From the NCBI GenBank assembly GCA_050873485.1, contig JBNMIW010000001.1, positions 1 through 31,392 on the forward strand: DNA of 31,392 bases, written 5' to 3'. Below are positions 1-8,028 of the stretch, in pieces. The notes under the pieces are model-generated. The model was not told where the DNA came from, made no database searches, and saw only the letters and a program-made list of their open reading frames with translations. The position numbers and the translations under genes are program-made. The first letter of the stretch is position 1, and each line of letters opens with the position of its first letter. This DNA comes from Lachnospiraceae bacterium. GTDB lineage: Bacteria > Bacillota > Clostridia > Lachnospirales > Lachnospiraceae.

Positions 1-147
1 CTTGGTGAGGTTCTTACGAACCTAGCACCGTTGCGTATGAAGCATAGCGCAAGCGTGCCTGCGTACCATAAAGGCAAACATACATGGCCTATTCATATTC
101 TTTCGCATGTGCCCTCACATATCATCCGTCTCACTCACGCTGTGCAA
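1..147 (-). repeat. Dispersed structured repeat, partial copy A, truncated by the window start; inverted relative to copy B at 31199-31392
   Basis: Positions 1-123 match the reverse complement of 31221-31343 with 7 mismatches (16, 31, 49, 80, 97, 98, 120). A further 11-bp match (ACGCTGTGCAA, 137-147 vs 31199-31209) follows a short divergent patch. Confidence 0.95.
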
Positions 148-152
148 GGGAA

Positions 153-1049
153 TTAATCATTTACGATCTTGACGCCGTACTCGCTCATTGCTTTCTTGAT
201 CTTCTCCACGCTAGCCGGTTCCGCCTCCGTCATAGGCATTCTTACATATCCGTTACAAAGACCGGCAAGATCTACAGCCTTCTTAACCGGAATTGGATTG
301 ACTTCACAGAACATTGCATCACACAGATCAATCGCTTTCAACTGTAACGCAAGAGAACCTGCCACATCGCCATCTAAATACTTCTGCACCATATCGTGGG
401 TATCCTCTGGAATGATATTGGCTGTTACAGAGATTACACCCTTACCGCCTAAAGAAAGCAATGGTACAACCTGATCATCATTACCGGAATAAATATCGAT
501 ACATCCATCTGCTAATTGTGCTAACTTGACAACCTGTGAAATGTTACCGGAAGCCTCTTTGATCGCTACGATATTCTTTACATTCTTAGCAAGCGTAACT
601 GCCGTTGCCGGCTGAATATTACATCCGGTTCTGCTTGGTACATTATACATAATGATCGGAAGATCCACTGCATTGGCAATCGCTGTATAATGCTTGATCA
701 GACCACCCTGTGTTGCCTTATTATAATATGGTGTTACAACCAAAAGTGCATCAGCTCCCACTTCCTGTGCTTCCTGTGATAACTTGATCGCCGTCTCTGT
801 ACAGTTTGAACCGGTTCCCGCAATAACAGGGATTCTCTTTGCTACATACTCCACGCACTTCGCAATTACTTCCATATGCTCTTCTTCTGTCATCGTAGAA
901 GCCTCACCCGTTGTTCCGCAGATAACGATCGCATCTGTCTTATTCTCTACATGATACTCTACTAACGATTTCAACTGATCGAAATCCACTGTTCCATCTT
1001 CCTTAAATGGTGTTACTAATGCAACTGCTGATCCTGTAAAAATTGACAT
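153..1049 (-). CDS. dapA: 4-hydroxy-tetrahydrodipicolinate synthase
   Basis: GSAVALVTPF N-terminus, GTTGE motif, YNVPSRTG, Schiff-base lysine in AIKEASG, GGKGVISV; 298 aa; lysine riboswitch upstream. Confidence 0.97.
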   Translation of the reverse strand: MSIFTGSAVALVTPFKEDGTVDFDQLKSLVEYHVENKTDAIVICGTTGEASTMTEEEHMEVIAKCVEYVAKRIPVIAGTGSNCTETAIKLSQEAQEVGADALLVVTPYYNKATQGGLIKHYTAIANAVDLPIIMYNVPSRTGCNIQPATAVTLAKNVKNIVAIKEASGNISQVVKLAQLADGCIDIYSGNDDQVVPLLSLGGKGVISVTANIIPEDTHDMVQKYLDGDVAGSLALQLKAIDLCDAMFCEVNPIPVKKAVDLAGLCNGYVRMPMTEAEPASVEKIKKAMSEYGVKIVND

Positions 1050-1090
1050 ACTCTCTTCTCCTTTTCTTACATATAAATTATATTATAATG

Positions 1091-1126
1091 TAAACAAACG
1101 CTCCGCCAGCAGTGCCAACGAAGCGT
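1091..1126 (-). terminator. Intrinsic terminator of the lysine riboswitch expression platform
   Basis: Minus strand ACGCTTCGTTGGC-ACT-GCTGGCGGAGCGT (13-bp stem including G-U pairs) followed by TTGTTT, between the aptamer and the dapA RBS. Confidence 0.75.
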
Positions 1127-1139
1127 ATTCCTTCTTCTT

Positions 1140-1330
1140 TCCGTAGCACTCCACCTGATTCCTGCTTATCTGAAATCCTCTATCGGTGACAGACATACAG
1201 CTCTTAACTGCACATCCAGATAAATGATCAATAAGGTGATCATCCTCTTCGGCATGAGCCCCTTTCACAATTCTTCATCCATCCTTATCTGTCCAAACTG
1301 TTACTCTTGACACATGCGCCTCTACACATC
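1140..1330 (-). ncRNA. Lysine riboswitch (L-box)
   Basis: Minus strand carries the lysine-riboswitch landmarks in order: GTAGAGGCGC, TCAAGAGTA, GAAAGGGG..GCCGAA, GCAGTTAAGAGCTGT..CTGTC, GGAGTGCTAC; directly upstream of a lysine-biosynthesis gene. Confidence 0.93.
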
Positions 1331-1360
1331 GACGTTACATTTTATCACATTATTGATGTA

Positions 1361-1389
1361 ATCATAACACTATATAAAATGACTGTCAA
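1361..1389 (-). promoter_or_regulatory. sigmaA-type promoter of the riboswitch-dapA transcript
   Basis: TTGACA (1389-1384), 17-bp spacer, TATGAT (1366-1361). Confidence 0.75.
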
Positions 1390-1462
1390 CACCCTATCAC
1401 ACATGCCAAAACTCTCGTCAGAGTTCATTTCCGCAAAAAACAAAATCCTACAATCAACTCAC

Positions 1463-1487
1463 AAAAAAAGGACCATTGCAGGTACCT
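1463..1487 (-). terminator. Probable intrinsic terminator after cobO
   Basis: AGGTACC-TGCAAT-GGTCCT (one bulge) followed by a T run on the minus strand. Confidence 0.5.
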
Positions 1488-1527
1488 TGATACAATACAA
1501 CAATCCTCTTCCTTCATCTATATTCGT

Positions 1528-1995
1528 CTAATTCGCCTCGATATGCGACAACATCGAAGCCTTTCTCTTAATTGCATCAGGACAACAACGTCCTGTTAAT
1601 ATCACTTTCACGTCACTGTCAATCGACAGCAATTCCTCAAAATCTTCCGTACAGAAGATATTGTAATCCATCAACCCTAACACTTCATCTAGAATCACCA
1701 CATCGGCACTTCCGGTATCTATAACCTTCTTTGCGTAATGAAAGCTGTTCTTCGCTTTCGCACGCTGCTCCTCTCGTTCTTCAAAAGTCAGTTGTCCGTA
1801 CGGTTTCTCACTGTTCTCAAATGTAAAGAACTGAATCTCATCAAACTGGCTTAAGATGCTGTAATCTGCATCGCTTCCTTTTAAAAACTGCACAATCGTC
1901 ACGGTCTGTCCCGCTCCCGCTGCCTTCACTGCAAGCCCCATGGCTGCTGCTGTCTTACCATAACCGGCACCGTAAATAATATGTACATTTTTCAT
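1528..1995 (-). CDS. cobO: Cob(I)yrinic acid a,c-diamide adenosyltransferase (CobO/BtuR/CobA family)
   Basis: VHIIYGAGYGKTAAAMGLA P-loop, IVQFLKG, VVILDEV, VILTGR. Start moved to ATG 1995, preceded by GAGGTGGA. Confidence 0.85.
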   Translation of the reverse strand: MKNVHIIYGAGYGKTAAAMGLAVKAAGAGQTVTIVQFLKGSDADYSILSQFDEIQFFTFENSEKPYGQLTFEEREEQRAKAKNSFHYAKKVIDTGSADVVILDEVLGLMDYNIFCTEDFEELLSIDSDVKVILTGRCCPDAIKRKASMLSHIEAN

Positions 1996-2113
1996 ATCTT
2001 TCCACCTCATATAACTGTTTCTGCATCTTGTCTCATGCACAAATACATTTTCCAAGGCTTTCTCTTACTCTGTAAAACAATGTCTTATCTGAAGATACCC
2101 CAGAAATACGATT

Positions 2114-2142
2114 ATCCTAGCATATTCTTCTATAAAATGCAA
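2114..2142 (-). promoter_or_regulatory. Candidate sigmaA promoter for cobO
   Basis: TTGCAT, 17 bp, TAGGAT with an upstream TG (extended -10). Confidence 0.5.
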
Positions 2143-2158
2143 TCTTTTTCAAACGAAA

Positions 2159-2785
2159 TCACTCTAAGCACTCCATTTTACTAACGGAAACTTCATATGC
2201 AATACGATTGATCACCTCATCATTTTCCAACTTTTTCTGATATTCCCGGCTCTGAATCCGTCCCCAGACCGCTACATGTTCACCAACTTCAAGCTTACCT
2301 GCGAATCTGGCATTTCTTCCCCAGCAGATACAAGGAATATAATCGGACTTACCGTATGCGCGATTTACCGCTAATAATACATCTGCAATCTCTCTTCCGA
2401 GCGGCGTCATACGATAGATCGGCGGTTTACAAATATATCCATCTAAATAAATCTGGTTTGGATGCTGCATTTCCTCCCCATCTTCTAAGACATTTAACTC
2501 TCTGACAAACAAGGACAAGATCAATCGGTTCTTGGTCTCTTCATGTTTGTTGTACGAACGAAACTGTCCCTTTGCCTCAATATGTTCTCCGATGTGTGAC
2601 TGGTTCACATCAATCAGACGGTCTGAAACCATCAATGGAATCACATCCGTTGCATCGCTTAATCGATTCACCAAAAGATCTACCATATAAAATCCCTCGC
2701 CAAATATTTCATGACTAAAGGAAAACTCGGAAATGATCTCCCCTGCTACTACTGCCTGATTGTTACTTAATGCTTTTTCTGTCAT
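2159..2785 (-). CDS. Single-stranded DNA-binding protein with two tandem OB folds (PriB-like clostridial type)
   Basis: Two OB-like halves; second half GYICKPPIYRMTPLGREIADVLLAVNR..SDYIPCICWGRNARF..VWGRIQSREY resembles SSB. Start ATG 2785 after GGAAGGAG. Confidence 0.85.
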   Translation of the reverse strand: MTEKALSNNQAVVAGEIISEFSFSHEIFGEGFYMVDLLVNRLSDATDVIPLMVSDRLIDVNQSHIGEHIEAKGQFRSYNKHEETKNRLILSLFVRELNVLEDGEEMQHPNQIYLDGYICKPPIYRMTPLGREIADVLLAVNRAYGKSDYIPCICWGRNARFAGKLEVGEHVAVWGRIQSREYQKKLENDEVINRIAYEVSVSKMECLE

Positions 2786-2940
2786 GTTCTTTCTCCTTCC
2801 ATGTACCTTATAATTCTTGTTCGCATAATAAATGTCAACTACCACATATTGTGTTGAATTGTTTAAAAAACATTTATCATGTACTATATATTAGTACAGA
2901 AAGTCGATTTATAGAACGGGGATTTTTCTTCTAAAAAGGA

Positions 2941-3741
2941 CTAGTTTTGTCGGGATTTCGTATTTCTTTGTCGCATTGCTTCATACATCAGTACAGTTGC
3001 CGCAGTTGCGGCATTTAACGACTCTACTTTTCCCATCATCGGAATGCGGATTTTGTATTTCGTCGCCTGTGAGACCGCATCGCTTAATCCATTGCCCTCA
3101 TTTCCAATGCAAAAAATTGTCGGTTTCTGATAATCAAAGTCGTAAAAGCTTGTTCCTTGTAAATGTGCACTATATGTGCCTGCATTTGCACCATTCATGC
3201 CGTCGATCCATTCCGTCAGATTTTCGACATAACAAAATGGTACACGAAAAATAGAACCCATTGTAGCACGCACGACTTTCGGATTAAATATATCTACCGT
3301 ATCACTACTCATTACCACTCCGGTCACGCCGGCTCCTTCCGCAGTTCGGATGATCGTTCCAAGATTACCGGGGTCCTGTAGATTCTCCAACGCAATGATC
3401 AGTGGTGCCTGTTCCTGTTTTCCGGCACACACCTCATCCATTGTATATACCGGCTGTTTCACCACACTGATCACCCCTTGCGGTGTCTTTGTATCCGTCA
3501 TAGTCTCCATTACATGTGGTGCAACCAATTCTACTTTTGACAACAGATACTCCGGTATCCGGCTTGTGTTATGAGTTAGAAAATCCTCTGTCATGTATAC
3601 TTCCCGACATGCCGCCTCCGGAATCTCTACAAACATACGGATGCCTTCTACAATGAATACCCCTTCTTTTTTGCGTTCCTTCGCCGACTTTTTGTATTTA
3701 ATTATTTTCTTGATCCTATCATTTGATGTACTTGTAATCAT
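2941..3741 (-). CDS. TrmH/SpoU (TsnR-like) RNA 2'-O-ribose methyltransferase
   Basis: SPOUT motifs LENLQDPGNLGTIIRTA, IGNEGNGLS, IPMMGKVESLNAA. Start uncertain (3741, 3774 or 3786). Confidence 0.9.
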   Translation of the reverse strand: MITSTSNDRIKKIIKYKKSAKERKKEGVFIVEGIRMFVEIPEAACREVYMTEDFLTHNTSRIPEYLLSKVELVAPHVMETMTDTKTPQGVISVVKQPVYTMDEVCAGKQEQAPLIIALENLQDPGNLGTIIRTAEGAGVTGVVMSSDTVDIFNPKVVRATMGSIFRVPFCYVENLTEWIDGMNGANAGTYSAHLQGTSFYDFDYQKPTIFCIGNEGNGLSDAVSQATKYKIRIPMMGKVESLNAATAATVLMYEAMRQRNTKSRQN

Positions 3742-3793
3742 GATCTGCCACTCTTTACTTTTCTTCCCTTCCATGATGATATCCATGTACTGC

Positions 3794-6700
3794 CTATCGT
3801 CCCGGATTCCACTTTTCCTGTCGACACAATACTTTGCCTTCCCCTAGCAGTTTCTTCAACTCACCAATTGCTTCTTCGTTCGCCTGCAAATAGAATTGTC
3901 TGCCAAGATCTTTACTCTGGCGCTCTTCTTTCAGACAGACCGTTACCGGACTGCTTCCCGGATATTTATCAATGATATCATAGATCGCATTTTCCTGCTG
4001 TGTATAGGCATCTTTGTTCAGACACTGCACATATACATGTTTTGGAATCTCATCAAAGGATACCGCACGTTCTAATAGAAGTTTCCCCTCATCTTCACTA
4101 ATGGATGCTCTTCCATATACCAGAATCTTGGAATCAGGTTCTAATATGTTGCGATATTGCTCATACTTCTTCGGAAATACAACTACTTCAAGGGAGCCTA
4201 ACAGATCTTCCAATGTAATAAATGCCATATTCTGATTACTCTTTGTCATCTTCACGGTCTTTGCTGCAATCATGCCGCCGATCGTATAATATATCTGATC
4301 CTTCGCAACCGTTTCGCCCGTCTCTGCATCCGCTATAAAATCATGTGTGGTTGCATTGATATTCGTATCCATCAGATTCTGGTAATCCTCTAACGGATGT
4401 CCGCTGACATAGATACCCAGCACTTCTTTCTCAAAGCTTAACTTTTCTTCCTTTTCATACTCCGCAACATCCGGATACTTGATATCAAATGCCTTCTTCT
4501 CTTCTTCTCCAAGCAGATCCATTAATGACATCTGTCCGGTCATGGCACTTTTTTTCTCCTGATTTACCTGATCGATCAACTGTACATAGATCATCATCAT
4601 CTGCCGGCGGTTTGCCGGAAAACTATCTAATGCACCGGATTTTATAAAACTTTCAATGGTGCGTTTGTTCACTTCCTTATTCGACAAACGGCTGATAAAA
4701 TCCTTCAGATCGCGATATCTGCCATGTGCTTCGCGTTCTGCCACAATCGCATCAATTACCGGTCTGCCCACACTCTTTAATGCCGATAATCCGTATCGTA
4801 TCGCATTTCCCGATACTGAAAACTGACTGTATCCCTCGTTGATATCCGGTGGAAGGATCGGAATGTCCAATTTTCTGCAATGTGCAATATACTCCGATAC
4901 CTTGTCGGTACGATCCAATACCGAAGTGATCAATGCCGCCATAAACTCTGCGGGATAATGACATTTCAAGTAAGCTGTCTGATATGCTACTACCGCATAT
5001 GCTGCCGCATGAGACTTGTTAAATGCGTATTTTGCAAAATCGATCATTTCATCAAAGATCTTATTGGCTGTCTTCTCATCAATACCACGGTTGATACAAC
5101 CCGGAACATGTTCTTCCTCGTTACCATAAACGAAATTCTGGCGTTCCCGCTGCATCACGTCGCCTTTTTTCTTTGACATTGCACGACGTACCAGATCACT
5201 TCGTCCAAGCGTGTACCCAGCAAGCTCCATAACGATCTGCATAACCTGTTCCTGATATACAATACAACCATAGGTCGGTGATAAGATCTTCTCTAACTGC
5301 GGACAATCATATGTGATCGTCTCCGGATGTTCCTTTCCCTTAATATACAGTGGAATAAAATCCATCGGTCCCGGACGATACAATGAGATTCCCGCAATAA
5401 TATCTTCAATATTACGAGGTTTTAACTCTTTCATGAAACTCTTCATTCCATTACTTTCAAGCTGGAAAATGCCGTCCGTCTGACCGGTACATAACAGATC
5501 ATACACCTCGGAATCTTCCATATTCAAATGATCGATATCAATATCAATCCCTTTACTCTGTTTGATATTGCGAACAGCATCCTGAATCACCGTAAGAGTA
5601 CGCAGACCTAAAAAGTCCATCTTCAAAAGTCCTAATTCCTCAATCGTTGTCATCGTAAACTGTGTTGTGATCGCATCTTCTGATCCTCTTGATAACGGAA
5701 CAAATTCATCAATTGCTTTCTGACCGATCACGACACCTGCCGCATGCATGGAAGCATGTCTTGGAAGTCCTTCCAATTTCTGCGACATATCTAACAGATA
5801 ATGGACATCCGTTTCCTCTTCATAAGCTTTCTTCAGATCGGAAGATATCGTCAATGCTTCTTTGATCGTTGGATTATGTCCGTTCTGTCCCATCGGGATC
5901 ATTTTCGCAATACGGTCTACTGCCGCATATGGCATATCCAACACACGACCAACATCCCGAATTACCATCCGGGCAGCCATCGTTCCAAAGGTTACGATCT
6001 GCACAACCTTTTCCTTGCCATATTTGCGCACTACATAATCAATTACTTCCTGTCGTCTCTCATAGCAAAAATCCACGTCAATATCCGGCATCGTGACACG
6101 TTCCGGATTGAGGAATCGCTCAAACAGAAGATTAAACCGGATTGGATCAATATTGGTGATCTCTAAACAGTAGCTGACAATGGAACCGGCCGCAGAACCA
6201 CGTCCCGGTCCAACTGCGATCCCATGATCTTTTGCATATTTGATGAAATCCCATACAATCAGGAAATAATCGACATATCCCATTGTTTCAATGGTGGATA
6301 ACTCGTAATCCAATCGTTCCTGTAACTGTGGTGTCACAGGATCATACCGTCGCTCCAATCCCTCCTGACAAAGTGCTTTCAGATAGGAATACGACGTAAA
6401 TCCTTCCGGCACTTCATATTTCGGCACTTTTTGCTCACCGAATACGATCTCCACATTACACCGTTCGGCAATCTTTCCTGTATTTTCCAATGCCTGTTTC
6501 GCATAAGGAAATAAAGCCTCCATTTCTTCCGGAGACTTCAGATAGTATTGTCCTCCCTCATACCGCATACGATCTTCATCTGCCACTTTTTTGCCCGTCT
6601 GGATACATAACAGAATATCGTGTGCCTCGGCATCTTCTTTCTTTACATAGTGAATATCATTCGTCGCTACTAACGGAATGCCGGTCTCTTGTGACATACG

Positions 6701-7273
6701 AAGTAAACCCTGATTAACAGTCTGCTGATCATCAATTCCATGATCCTGCAACTCTAAAAAATAATTATTTTCGCCAAATATCTCTACATGTTCTAATGCT
6801 GCTTTTTTGGCTTCTTCATAAAAACCCTGCCGCAGATAGGTTGCTACTTCGCCCGCCAAACATGCTGAAAGTGCGATGATACCCTCATGAAATTCCTGTA
6901 ACACTTCACGATCTACTCTCGGCTTGTAATAATAGCCTTCCGTAAACCCGCGTGAAACAATCTTCATCAGATTGTGATATCCGGTATCATTTTCTGCCAA
7001 CAATACCAGATGATAATACCGGTTCTCATTCTTTCCTGCTTCCTTATCAAACCGCGAACCGGGTGCCACATATACCTCACAACCGATGATCGGCTTAATC
7101 CCTTCCTTTTTTGCAGCTCTATAAAAATCAATCACACCATACATAACCCCATGATCTGTGATCGCAATACTATCCATTCCCAGTTCTTTTGCCTGATGTA
7201 CCAGTTCTGGAATCTTCGATGCCCCATCTAACAAACTGTATTCTGTATGCACATGTAAATGTGTAAAACTCAT
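3794..7273 (-). CDS. dnaE: DNA polymerase III alpha subunit
   Basis: PHP domain HLHVHTEYSLLDG, GPGRGSAAGS, catalytic MPDIDVDF, LLKMDFLGL, FNKSHAAAY, C-terminal OB fold; 1159 aa. Confidence 0.98.
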   Translation of the reverse strand: MSFTHLHVHTEYSLLDGASKIPELVHQAKELGMDSIAITDHGVMYGVIDFYRAAKKEGIKPIIGCEVYVAPGSRFDKEAGKNENRYYHLVLLAENDTGYHNLMKIVSRGFTEGYYYKPRVDREVLQEFHEGIIALSACLAGEVATYLRQGFYEEAKKAALEHVEIFGENNYFLELQDHGIDDQQTVNQGLLRMSQETGIPLVATNDIHYVKKEDAEAHDILLCIQTGKKVADEDRMRYEGGQYYLKSPEEMEALFPYAKQALENTGKIAERCNVEIVFGEQKVPKYEVPEGFTSYSYLKALCQEGLERRYDPVTPQLQERLDYELSTIETMGYVDYFLIVWDFIKYAKDHGIAVGPGRGSAAGSIVSYCLEITNIDPIRFNLLFERFLNPERVTMPDIDVDFCYERRQEVIDYVVRKYGKEKVVQIVTFGTMAARMVIRDVGRVLDMPYAAVDRIAKMIPMGQNGHNPTIKEALTISSDLKKAYEEETDVHYLLDMSQKLEGLPRHASMHAAGVVIGQKAIDEFVPLSRGSEDAITTQFTMTTIEELGLLKMDFLGLRTLTVIQDAVRNIKQSKGIDIDIDHLNMEDSEVYDLLCTGQTDGIFQLESNGMKSFMKELKPRNIEDIIAGISLYRPGPMDFIPLYIKGKEHPETITYDCPQLEKILSPTYGCIVYQEQVMQIVMELAGYTLGRSDLVRRAMSKKKGDVMQRERQNFVYGNEEEHVPGCINRGIDEKTANKIFDEMIDFAKYAFNKSHAAAYAVVAYQTAYLKCHYPAEFMAALITSVLDRTDKVSEYIAHCRKLDIPILPPDINEGYSQFSVSGNAIRYGLSALKSVGRPVIDAIVAEREAHGRYRDLKDFISRLSNKEVNKRTIESFIKSGALDSFPANRRQMMMIYVQLIDQVNQEKKSAMTGQMSLMDLLGEEEKKAFDIKYPDVAEYEKEEKLSFEKEVLGIYVSGHPLEDYQNLMDTNINATTHDFIADAETGETVAKDQIYYTIGGMIAAKTVKMTKSNQNMAFITLEDLLGSLEVVVFPKKYEQYRNILEPDSKILVYGRASISEDEGKLLLERAVSFDEIPKHVYVQCLNKDAYTQQENAIYDIIDKYPGSSPVTVCLKEERQSKDLGRQFYLQANEEAIGELKKLLGEGKVLCRQEKWNPGR

Positions 7274-7824
7274 ATCTTCTCTCTCCTGACTTCTTTCGTC
7301 AAAATCTCACGCTTAATATAGTCAAACGTCTTATCTTCACCCTGCTCCGCTAACATGGTAAGGAGCTTTTCTAACAATGCTGCGGATTCCGGATGCAGTA
7401 ATGCCTTAGATTTTCCCTTTTGGAAATATTCCAGCGGCATTCGATCCGTATATGCATCTTTATTGTAATTCTTGCTGGCCGCAATCCGGTCACAGAACAT
7501 CTCTACTACATACTTCACCGGCATTTTCATCCCGGTTACGCCGCCATTTACCAGATCATAATCTAACCAATATTCTAAATGGTGTTTATTTCTGCCTTTA
7601 TGGTGCAGCCATGCCGATGTGTAGCCCTTGTCCTCCCGCTCTGCATTGTTCGGACTACGATTTCCCTGATAATATTTTACGCCTACTAAAAATTCGGTCG
7701 GACTGTATTTGGAAAGATCATGTAGTAGTCCCTGTTTGTACATGCCAAGCCGAAAACAGTTTTTCATGACAAGCCATTTATGATGATTAATTGTTTTTAA
7801 ATGTTTCCACCAGTTGTTGTTCAT
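7270..7824 (-). CDS. DUF5662-like HD-type metal-binding protein
   Basis: GLLHDLSK, WLHHKGRNKHH.EYW and EMFCDRIAASK motifs. Start ATG 7824 after GAAGGAAGG; its TGA overlaps the dnaE ATG (ATGA). Confidence 0.75.
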   Translation of the reverse strand: MNNNWWKHLKTINHHKWLVMKNCFRLGMYKQGLLHDLSKYSPTEFLVGVKYYQGNRSPNNAEREDKGYTSAWLHHKGRNKHHLEYWLDYDLVNGGVTGMKMPVKYVVEMFCDRIAASKNYNKDAYTDRMPLEYFQKGKSKALLHPESAALLEKLLTMLAEQGEDKTFDYIKREILTKEVRREKI

Positions 7825-7835
7825 ATAAAAGTTTC

Positions 7836-8023
7836 CTTCCTTCGAAGCCGGACACGCTCGAAAACCTTCGGTTCCCGGCTCCCTCTGCTTCCTTCGAAGC
7901 CGGACACGCTCGAAAACCTTCGGTTTTCTCGCTTCTGGGCTCTCGCCCAATAGACATACATTCACTGGGCACTTAGTGAGCAAGCTCCCACGTGCTCAGT
8001 GTCTGTATGTCTGCCCGGCTTCG
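7836..8023. repeat. MITE/REP-like palindromic element with a duplicated left end
   Basis: Perfect 38-bp direct repeat (7836-7873 and 7888-7925). CGAAGCCGGACA (7895-7906) and TGCCCGGCTTCG (8012-8023) form an 11/12 inverted repeat. Internal hairpins at 7912-7928, 7937-7948 and 7952-8012. Confidence 0.85.
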
Positions 8024-8028
8024 TGCTA

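Noticed and set aside
84-474. Plus-strand ORFs 84-347 and 169-474
   Set aside because: Antisense shadows of dapA, partly within the repeat; no recognisable protein features.
1083-1268. 61-aa minus-strand ORF upstream of dapA
   Set aside because: Lies entirely within the lysine riboswitch and its terminator.
1996-2158. Possible cobalamin riboswitch ahead of cobO
   Set aside because: No B12-box or GGGAA/GCCACTG-type motifs in the leader.
2815-2830. CGAAC half-site upstream of the SSB-like gene as a LexA box
   Set aside because: The second half (GTTC after 4 bp) is absent.
7836-7925. Two 38-bp direct repeats as a mini-CRISPR array
   Set aside because: Only two units, a 14-bp spacer far too short for CRISPR, and no cas genes or leader.
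7787-7983. Small ORFs 7787-7972 and 7791-7976, and the 53-aa N-terminal extension of DUF5662
   Set aside because: They translate the repeat element (the repeated peptide reflects the 38-bp duplication); the better RBS is at ATG 7824.
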